32,000 nt of DNA from Okeania sp. (lineage in GTDB: Bacteria; Cyanobacteriota; Cyanobacteriia; Cyanobacteriales; Microcoleaceae): the NCBI RefSeq assembly GCF_035285525.1, contig NZ_JAYKGW010000252.1:1-32000 (forward strand). The letters are read 5' to 3'. Under the pieces are notes generated by a model. The model searched no databases, was not told the origin of the DNA, and saw only the letters and a program-made list of their open reading frames with translations. The position numbers and the translations under genes were made by a program. This document shows, one piece after another, positions 15,083-22,178 of this stretch; position 1 is the first letter of the stretch, and each line of letters starts with the position of its first letter.

Positions 15083-15188
15083 TAGATAAAATCTCACAAC
15101 CTATTTAGGATTGCTATATCACCTGATCTATGACAACTATATTTACAGGAAGTCAATTTATCTTTCCTTCTTCCTTCTTACTTCTTCC

Positions 15189-16430
15189 TTATTTTGATGA
15201 ACTAGCATCTTTTAACTCCCCAGGACTTATAGACAATGTTTGAGTTTCTGTACCACGTTTAACCTTAAACTGTAGAGGTTTACCAATTTGACTTTTCTGA
15301 ACTATATCCTGTAATTCTTCAGCAGTAGTAATCTTTTTACCATCAATTTCTGTAATTACGTCTCCACGTCGTAAACCGCTTTTAGCTGCTGGGCTATTAG
15401 GAATTATCTGGGCGATTAAAACACCTTCAGTTTCAGGTAACTGTATTAACGCATTGGGATTTTCATTGAATTTTTGAATAATTTCAGGAGTCAAAGTCAT
15501 CATCCGGACTCCAATGTAAGGATGAGGTATACTTTCTCCTTTCACTAACTTTTCTTGAATCACCTTTGCTTGATTTATAGGTATAGCAAATCCTATACCT
15601 TGCCCATCAGCACGAATAGCTGTATTAATACCAATTACCTCTCCCTCAGAGTTTAACAACGGACCTCCAGAGTTACCAGGATTAATAGCAGCATCAGTTT
15701 GAATAAAATCAAGACGTTTATCAGGAATACCAACTGCCGAACTGGGGCGATCTAGGGAACTGACAATACCCAAAGTGACTGTATTATCTAATCCCAAAGG
15801 ATTTCCCACAGCGATCGCCCAATCTCCTACTTTTACCTGTTCAGAACTTCCTAAAGGTGCAACAGGCAAATTTTCTCCGTTAATTTTAATTACTGCCAAG
15901 TCAGAAGGTTCATCAAGACCTCTAACTTCTCCTTCAAAGCTACGTCCATCTTTAAGTTTAACTGTAACCGTATCAGCACCTTTAACCACATGAGCATTTG
16001 TCAAAATAATACCACTGCCATCAATAATAAAACCTGAACCTTGCCCCCGTTGTTGATACTCCTTGGGAAACTGAGGAAAACTATCATTTCCAAAAAAGCG
16101 ACGGAAGAATGGATCATTAAAAAAACTAGGTACATTACGAGCTACGGTACGTTCTGTATCTATACGCACAACAGCAGGTCCGACTTTCTCAACTGCAGTA
16201 GCGACAAAATTATCGGCTTTCACAGGTACTTTTGCTATTGCAGGAGTGTTTGTATTTACCACTAGCTGAGGTTGAGGGTTGTTTTGGGTAGTTTGTTTGC
16301 TTTCTGTAGGGAGAAATACCCTGGGGAAAGTGCGTATCACAGTTATAGTCAAACCTGTACTTAAGGCCATAGCAAGTACATAGCTACCTATTGGAGGTAA
16401 AGCTGAATTTTTTTGATCTGAAATTTTCAT
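15189..16430 (-). CDS. HtrA/Deg-family periplasmic serine protease with PDZ domain
   Basis: Catalytic-triad contexts TNAHV (His), DLAVIK (Asp) and GNSGGPL (Ser). C-terminal PDZ (GVLIAQIIPNSPAAKSGLRRGDVITEIDG). N-terminal hydrophobic anchor. Confidence 0.9.
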   Translation of the reverse strand: MKISDQKNSALPPIGSYVLAMALSTGLTITVIRTFPRVFLPTESKQTTQNNPQPQLVVNTNTPAIAKVPVKADNFVATAVEKVGPAVVRIDTERTVARNVPSFFNDPFFRRFFGNDSFPQFPKEYQQRGQGSGFIIDGSGIILTNAHVVKGADTVTVKLKDGRSFEGEVRGLDEPSDLAVIKINGENLPVAPLGSSEQVKVGDWAIAVGNPLGLDNTVTLGIVSSLDRPSSAVGIPDKRLDFIQTDAAINPGNSGGPLLNSEGEVIGINTAIRADGQGIGFAIPINQAKVIQEKLVKGESIPHPYIGVRMMTLTPEIIQKFNENPNALIQLPETEGVLIAQIIPNSPAAKSGLRRGDVITEIDGKKITTAEELQDIVQKSQIGKPLQFKVKRGTETQTLSISPGELKDASSSK

Positions 16431-16443
16431 TGTTTGTTTTTAT

Positions 16444-16534
16444 TAGGACTTACGCAGAGACCCTAGATATAGTGCTTAAAACTATTGCGCAATAGTTTTT
16501 GAACTCTATATACAGTACCTTTGCGTAAGTCCTG
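16444..16534. mobile_element. MITE, CAGGACTTACG family (91 bp)
   Basis: Ends (T)AGGACTTACGCAGAG... and ...CTTTGCGTAAGTCCTG, flanked by 5-bp direct repeats TTTAT (16439-16443 and 16535-16539). The first ~55 nt are nearly identical to 19805-19860. Confidence 0.8.
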
Positions 16535-16744
16535 TTTATATGAGTTAATAAGTAAAGTTTAGAAGTATTTTTAATAATTATAGACATTGAGAGAAAGTTC
16601 GCCAACCTAAGAACTTCGGAGGAAATATGCTTATAAAAAGTAGTTAGTTTGTCCAAATCCTTTTAATCGTTCTACCTCCTGTCTTGAGTGAGAACTAATA
16701 ACTGAAGATGTTTTGCTAATTGTATTGCGGTTTCATTTTCCTAT

Positions 16745-16930
16745 TTCTGTTCCCTATTCCCTACCCATAAAAAAAATTGTAGGGGTTTGGTCTCCAAACC
16801 CTCCATACCTATTTCCCTACCCATAAGAAAAAAAATTGTAGGGGTTTGGTCTCCAAACCCTCCATACCTATTCCCTATTCACTATTCCCTAGCCATAAAA
16901 AAATTGTAGGGGTTTGGTCTCCAAACCCAA
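16745..16930 (-). repeat. Three tandem units (59- and 68-bp spacing), each with the GTAGGGGTTTGG-TCT-CCAAACCC hairpin and an A/T run
   Basis: Hairpins at 16779-16801, 16838-16860 and 16906-16928, each preceded by CCCTA(C/G)CCATAA and an A7-8 run. On the minus strand each reads hairpin, CTACAA, then T7-8, which is terminator-like downstream of hemL. Confidence 0.85.
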
Positions 16931-17102
16931 GCAGCAAAAGCTTTAAAGACTAAACCCCGTTAGTTCAAAATGTCACTTTTTTTAGAAAACGGACGTTGCA
17001 TAACAAACATGGGTTTCATGTCGCGCAGCGATACGTCCCTACCTATTCCCTACTTTTTGCATTCGCAAATTGAAAAATTCTTCATTACCCATCAAGAAAC
17101 TC

Positions 17103-18401
17103 TTAGAGATCAGCCATCACTTCTTTGGCTGCAGCTAAAGTCCGATCAATATCTTCCTCAGTATGCGCTAAAGAAGTAAACCCTGCCTCAAACTGAGAAG
17201 GAGCCAAATAAATTCCCCGCTCCAACATTCCTCGATGGAACTTGCTAAATTTCGTCAAATCAGACTTTTTCGCATCATCATAATTATGAACAGGTCCTCC
17301 ATGAAAAAACATACCAAACATGGCACTAATATTTCCACCACAAACATCATGACCAGTTTCTTTTCCAATCGCCAATAAACCATCAGCAAGTTTCTGAGTA
17401 ATTTTGTTTAATTGTTGATAAGTACCTGGTTTATGTATCAATTCCAGAGTTTTAATACCAGCAGTCATAGCCAGAGGATTACCAGACAGAGTGCCAGCTT
17501 GATACATTGGACCTGCTGGAGCTACCATTTCCATAATATCCTGACGACCGCCATAAGCTCCTACTGGCAAACCACCACCAATAATTTTGCCTAAAGTTGT
17601 CAAATCTGGAGTAACGTTAAATTTTTCTTGAGCGCCACCATAAGCAATACGGAATCCAGTCATTACCTCATCAAATACAAGTAATGCACCGTTGTCTTGG
17701 GTAATCATCCGTAACCCTTCCAAGAAACCTGCATCTGGAGTAATAAATCCAGAATTGCCCACAACTGGTTCTAGGATAATACCAGATATTTCACCAGGGT
17801 TGTCAACAAATAGTTGCTTAACTGCCTCCAAATCATTGTAAGGAGCAGTTAAAGTATTCACAGTTACAGACTTAGGCACTCCAGGAGAATCTGGCAAACC
17901 CAGGGTTGCCACACCAGAACCAGCTTTGACTAAAAACATATCAGCGTGGCCATGATAACAACCTTCAAATTTAATTACTTTGTCTCTACCTGTAAAAGCT
18001 CGCATCAAACGGAGTACAGCCATACAAGCTTCTGTACCAGAGTTGACAAAGCGGACCATTTCGATGCTTGGTACAGCATCAATCACCATTTCCGCCAAAG
18101 TATTTTCTAAAGCACAGGGAGCGCCAAAACTTGTGCCTTTTTCCAAAACTTCTTTCAGAGCATTTAATACTTCTGGATGAGCATGACCACAGATAGCAGG
18201 TCCCCAAGTGCCGACATAGTCGATGTATTGGTTGCCATCAACGTCCCAAATGTAGGCTCCCTTAACTCTGTCAAATACGATGGGTTGGCCACCAACAGAT
18301 TTGAATGCTCTAACTGGAGAACTAACTCCCCCTGGCATCAGTTTTTGAGCTGCTGCAAAAATTTCCTCAGATTTAGTGGTATTTAGTGTAGTAACTACCA
18401 A
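17103..18401 (-). CDS. hemL: Glutamate-1-semialdehyde 2,1-aminomutase
   Basis: [53 protein letters not shown] and the rest of the protein are the classic HemL pattern. TTG start (18401-18399) with AAGGAG (complement of 18409-18414) 7 nt upstream. Confidence 0.95.
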   Translation of the reverse strand: MVVTTLNTTKSEEIFAAAQKLMPGGVSSPVRAFKSVGGQPIVFDRVKGAYIWDVDGNQYIDYVGTWGPAICGHAHPEVLNALKEVLEKGTSFGAPCALENTLAEMVIDAVPSIEMVRFVNSGTEACMAVLRLMRAFTGRDKVIKFEGCYHGHADMFLVKAGSGVATLGLPDSPGVPKSVTVNTLTAPYNDLEAVKQLFVDNPGEISGIILEPVVGNSGFITPDAGFLEGLRMITQDNGALLVFDEVMTGFRIAYGGAQEKFNVTPDLTTLGKIIGGGLPVGAYGGRQDIMEMVAPAGPMYQAGTLSGNPLAMTAGIKTLELIHKPGTYQQLNKITQKLADGLLAIGKETGHDVCGGNISAMFGMFFHGGPVHNYDDAKKSDLTKFSKFHRGMLERGIYLAPSQFEAGFTSLAHTEEDIDRTLAAAKEVMADL

Positions 18402-18515
18402 TTTTAGTCTCCTTAAATTTGTGTTTATTTCAATTTCGATTTGAAGATTTTATATTATCACCAAATTAAAGTAAGCCTATATCTACATTTGAATAATTTT
18501 ATCATTTGTTATAAA

Positions 18516-18706
18516 TAGGTTTGAGCGCAAAGAAACCCGGTTTCTACCCTCGTACCGGGTTTCTGGGTTGAAACAGAGGGAGTAATACTAAATATAGATA
18601 TAGTACCTCCCTTGTAAGTCCTGATACAAAAACTTAGGTTTGAGCGCAAAGAAACCCGGTTTCTACCCTCGTACCGGCTTTCTGGGTTTAAAAATGGGGA
18701 GTAATT
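18516..18706. repeat. Two ~72-bp direct repeats 119 bp apart
   Basis: taggtttgagcgcaaagaaacccggtttctaccctcgtaccgg(g/c)tttctgggtt... occurs at 18516-18587 and 18635-18706. The two copies are separated by a solo MITE end. Confidence 0.85.
18592..18623. mobile_element. Solo right end of the CAGGACTTACG MITE family
   Basis: atatagatatagtacctcccttgtaagtcctg matches the right ends at 895-924, 10911-10940 and 16504-16534. No left end is nearby. Confidence 0.5.
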
Positions 18707-18870
18707 GATGATTTATACATAAGAATTGATTCCCTGTTTTTTCTTTTTGCAGATGTCTATTTGCAAGGATGCTGCATATAAAGTCCCTATTCCCTACTCC
18801 CTAAATTATGAAATATGCCAGCGTACATTGCTATATCTAGTCCTCTCAAGAGGACTTTAGCTTTGAGCCA

Positions 18871-18982
18871 ATTTTAATCCCTGGCTCATGTTGGGTTGAG
18901 GAAACGAAACCCAACCTACCCTAACTCTGGGATTTTAATCCCTGGCTCATGTTGGGTTTCGCACTTCTTCAACCCAACCTAC
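18871..18982. repeat. Two direct repeats (61-bp spacing), each ending in a GTTGGGTT...AACCCAAC-CTAC hairpin
   Basis: attttaatccctggctcatgttgggtt occurs at 18871-18897 and 18932-18958. Hairpins are at 18890-18919 and 18951-18982. On the minus strand these begin GTAGGTTGGGTT. Confidence 0.8.
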
Positions 18983-19124
18983 GCTTACTCCCTATTTATT
19001 TGACAATTTATATTTTTTATGATAAAGACAAAAAATAAATTAAAATTTAAGATTAAAAATTTAGAAAATACTCAAAAGATATTCTAAACTCCGAAGTACA
19101 CAAGCAAATTTTTTGAGGCACATA

Positions 19125-19793
19125 ATGTCTACCTCTCAATCAGTAAGTTTAAGTCAGTTGATTCCAGTGGATCGGGTTCGTTACAATGAGCAGGGACTTG
19201 TACCCGCTATTATTCAAGATTATTTAGATGGTACGGTGTTAATGATGGCCTGGATGAACCAGGAATCATTACAAAAAACTCTAGAGACAGGACAAACTTG
19301 GTTTTGGAGTCGTTCTCGCCAAGAGTTTTGGCATAAAGGAGCGACTTCTGGGCATTTTCAGAATATTAAGTGGATGCGCTATGACTGCGACAACGATACT
19401 TTATTAGTAGGAGTAGAGCAAATAGGCGATATTGCTTGTCATAAGGGAGAAAGGAGTTGTTTTCATCAGGTAGATCGAGAAGTTGTCAAACCACCAGCAG
19501 ATATGTTGTCTCAGCTTTTTGATGTAATTAGCGATCGCCGAGACCATCCCCAAGAAGGTTCCTATACCTGTAAATTATTTGCTGGAGGAGATAATAAAAT
19601 TCTTAAGAAAATAGGGGAAGAGTCAGCAGAAGTGGTAATGGCTTGTAAAGATGATGAAAAAGAAGCGATCGCTGCAGAAGTAGCAGATTTGTTTTATCAT
19701 ACTTTGGTTGCTCTAGCTCACCATAACGTTGAGTTGCGAGATGTGTATCGAAAGTTGGATGAACGTAGACCACAAAATAAATACTATAAATAG
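19125..19793 (+). CDS. hisIE: Bifunctional phosphoribosyl-AMP cyclohydrolase / phosphoribosyl-ATP pyrophosphatase
   Basis: HisI part: [24 protein letters not shown]...[19 protein letters not shown]. HisE part: [30 protein letters not shown] prefer ATG 19125 to the track TTG 19113. Confidence 0.9.
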   Translation: MSTSQSVSLSQLIPVDRVRYNEQGLVPAIIQDYLDGTVLMMAWMNQESLQKTLETGQTWFWSRSRQEFWHKGATSGHFQNIKWMRYDCDNDTLLVGVEQIGDIACHKGERSCFHQVDREVVKPPADMLSQLFDVISDRRDHPQEGSYTCKLFAGGDNKILKKIGEESAEVVMACKDDEKEAIAAEVADLFYHTLVALAHHNVELRDVYRKLDERRPQNKYYK

Positions 19794-19803
19794 GTAACTT
19801 GGT

Positions 19804-20027
19804 CAGGACTTACGCAGCGACCCTAAATATAGTGGTTAAAACTATTGTGCAATAGTTTTTTGCATCTATAATATAGCGTGTCGGTGCGTAACGCTACCGC
19901 TTTTTCGTATAGGGAATGCGAACGCATTCATGTCGCGGAGCGTTATCGTATAGGGAATGCGAGCGCATTCATGTCCGCTCAAGGGCGGAAAACACACCCT
20001 AATAATAGCGTTCATTCGTAAGTCCTG
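19804..20027. mobile_element. MITE, CAGGACTTACG family (224 bp, with internal duplication)
   Basis: Ends CAGGACTTACGCAGCG... and ...TTCATTCGTAAGTCCTG. It has an internal tandem copy, cgtatagggaatgcga(a/g)cgcattcatgtc. The flanking repeats are imperfect (TTGGT on the left, GTGGT/TGGTA on the right). It starts 10 nt after the hisIE stop. Confidence 0.8.
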
Positions 20028-20044
20028 TGGTAGTTGATTGTTTG

Positions 20045-20170
20045 ATCTTAATAGTTTGGCAGCGTTTTTGATTAACTTTGAATAGCAACCTTCTTTATTA
20101 ACTTATTTTAATAGTTTGGCAGCGTTTTTGATTAATTTTGAATAGCAACCTTCTTTATTAACTTATTTAA
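20045..20170 (+). repeat. Two 60-bp tandem copies (1 mismatch) plus the start of a third, abutting the next start codon
   Basis: ttaatagtttggcagcgtttttgattaa(c/t)tttgaatagcaaccttctttattaacttatt occurs at 20048-20107 and 20108-20167, followed by taat and ATG 20172. Confidence 0.95.
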
Positions 20171-20171
20171 T

Positions 20172-21638
20172 ATGATTAATCCTTCTCTATATCAAATCAA
20201 CACTCGTGTTTGGCTCAACAAAATATCCCAAAAATTAGGTCATCATGCCACCTTAGATGATATTCCTGATGATGAACTAGATCAAATAGCAAACCTAGGA
20301 TTTGATTGGGTTTACTTTTTAGGAGTTTGGCAAACAGGAATCATGGGGCGAGATATTTCTCGTGCTAATCCTGATGTGCGAACAGAAGGAGTAGAAATTT
20401 TTGGTGACAACTTCCATGAAGATTATATTTGTGGGTCTTGTTTTGCCATAACTGATTATCATATCCATGAAAATCTGGGTGATAATGAAGCTATGTTGCG
20501 ACTGCGCGATCGCCTCCATCAACGGGGACTAAAGCTTATGCTTGATTTTGTTCCCAATCATACTGCTCCCGACCATCTTTGGGTAGAAACTAACTCTGAC
20601 TTTTATGTGCAGGGAACCCAAGCTAATCTTGAAGAAGAACCCCACAACTATATACAAATAGAATCGTCAACAGGTAGTCAAATATTTGCTTATGGAAGAG
20701 ACCCTTATTTTCCAGGTTGGTCTGATGCTTTACAACTAAACTATGGCAACCCCAAATTACAAGAGGCAATGTTAGCAGAGTTATTCAATATTGCTCGTTT
20801 ATGCGATGGTGTTCGCTGCGATATGGCAATGCTATTATTGCCGAATATTTTTCAGCATACTTGGGGTATTTCTATGGAACCTTTTTGGGATGATGCCATT
20901 TCCCAAATTAAACAACAATATCCAGATTTTATCTTGATGGCAGAAGTCTATTGGAATCTGGAGTGGGAACTGCAACAGTTAGGATTTGATTATACTTATG
21001 ACAAACGCTTATATGATCGTCTCCGGGAACAACAAACAGTTCCAGTTAGACTGCACCTTTATGCCGATCTTAACTTTCAAAGTAAGTTGGCAAGGTTTAT
21101 AGAAAATCACGATGAACCCAGAGCAAATGTAGTTTTTCCAGCCAGAGTCAATCAAGCTGCTGCCATTTTAACTTATTTTACCCCTGGTTTACGTTTTTTC
21201 CATCAAGGTCAGTTACAAGGTTGGTCTCAGAAAATTTCGGTGCATTTATGTGACGCTCCTGAAGAACCTGCTGTTCCCAAACTAGAAAGATTTTACCATC
21301 AATTATTAGATTGTTTGGCTCTGAATATTGTTCGTGAAGGAAATTGGCAGTTACTTGAATGTATAGCTGCATGGGAAGGAAATTTTACATGGAATAATTT
21401 TATTGCTTTTGTCTGGAAAGGAAAAGATGAGCGACTTTTGTTGATAACAGTTAATTATGCTGCCGAACAGAGTCAATGTTATGTTCTACTTCCTTTTGAG
21501 AGTCTTAGAGGTCAAATGTATCAAGTACAAGATTTAATGAGTGATGTTAGTTATGATCGCTTGGGAGATAAATTGATTTCAAGGGGTCTGTATTTGGATA
21601 TACCTGGATGGGGTTATCATATTTTTGATATTAGTTAA
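20172..21638 (+). CDS. GH13 alpha-amylase-family glycoside hydrolase
   Basis: GH13 conserved regions: DFVPNH (I), GVRCDMAM (II), MAEVYW (III) and FIENHDEPR (IV). Substrate specificity cannot be inferred. Confidence 0.85.
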   Translation: MINPSLYQINTRVWLNKISQKLGHHATLDDIPDDELDQIANLGFDWVYFLGVWQTGIMGRDISRANPDVRTEGVEIFGDNFHEDYICGSCFAITDYHIHENLGDNEAMLRLRDRLHQRGLKLMLDFVPNHTAPDHLWVETNSDFYVQGTQANLEEEPHNYIQIESSTGSQIFAYGRDPYFPGWSDALQLNYGNPKLQEAMLAELFNIARLCDGVRCDMAMLLLPNIFQHTWGISMEPFWDDAISQIKQQYPDFILMAEVYWNLEWELQQLGFDYTYDKRLYDRLREQQTVPVRLHLYADLNFQSKLARFIENHDEPRANVVFPARVNQAAAILTYFTPGLRFFHQGQLQGWSQKISVHLCDAPEEPAVPKLERFYHQLLDCLALNIVREGNWQLLECIAAWEGNFTWNNFIAFVWKGKDERLLLITVNYAAEQSQCYVLLPFESLRGQMYQVQDLMSDVSYDRLGDKLISRGLYLDIPGWGYHIFDIS

Positions 21639-21870
21639 GTAGTCGTGCCAAATTAATTTCCTAGTTGAGATAGGGAACACTTAATACTTAACTGGGAACA
21701 GACAATTAACAAAATGTGTAATTAATTTTGCTTATGCACTTAAAAGCTTTGATAATTAATAAAGGAAGGCAGAAGGCAGAAGGCAGAAGAAAAAGCAAAG
21801 GTTTAAAGGGAAAAGGTTTTTTTCTTGCTGATTGTCCCGACACGATATAACTCCTATTTCTCCTGACCCT

Positions 21871-21894
21871 GTAGGGACTATGCAACGTCCCTAC
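21871..21894. repeat. REP-like hairpin GTAGGGAC-TATGCAAC-GTCCCTAC
   Basis: 8-bp stem; same family as 11770-11797. Confidence 0.75.
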
Positions 21895-22030
21895 CTAGGG
21901 TTTGCTGATTAAATCTCAAAGTTTTTGCAGATAAAAGTTATAGCCTTTTTAGGTGGGAAAAAGTACCTGGTTTACGGTTCCCGAAAAATCAGCTCTTAAT
22001 GGTCAAAAAGTTACCATTTTATGCAAGTCA

Positions 22031-22141
22031 TTGGGCAGAAAAAATTACTTTTCTGCTCCCCTACTCCCCTTCAAGCGCTCCCGTAGAGACCCCCTTATGC
22101 AACGTCCCTACCCTTAAAAAAGACTGAAGAAGCACAAACCC
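22031..22141. repeat. Dispersed repeat, copy 2 (short-loop version)
   Basis: ttgggcagaaaaaattacttttctgctcccctactccccttcaagcgctcccgtagagacccccttatgcaacgtccctacccttaaaaaagactgaagaagcacaaaccc matches 12655-12817. Confidence 0.75.
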
Positions 22142-22175
22142 TACCTATTCCCTACTCCCTACTCCCTACTCCCTA
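22141..22175. repeat. STRR-like heptamer tract (CCCTACT)n
   Basis: ctacctattccctactccctactccctactcccta ends 3 nt from the stop codon of the minus-strand gene at 22179. On that gene's sense strand it reads (AGTAGGG)n. Confidence 0.9.
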
Positions 22176-22178
22176 ATT

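Noticed and set aside
16745-16930. Possible CRISPR-like array (regularly spaced palindromic repeats)
   Set aside because: There are only three units, the inter-hairpin segments are homologous to each other and so are not unique spacers, the hairpin is a dispersed family found at many other loci, and no cas genes are present. The same reasoning applies to the two-unit repeats at 18516-18706, 18871-18982 and 20045-20170.
18839-18856. AGTCCTCT-CA-AGAGGACT palindrome as an abutted right-end/left-end (circle-junction or excision-footprint) relic of the CAGGACTTACG MITE
   Set aside because: Only 6-8 nt per arm match the MITE tips, and TTACGC does not follow. That is too short to distinguish from an unrelated palindrome.
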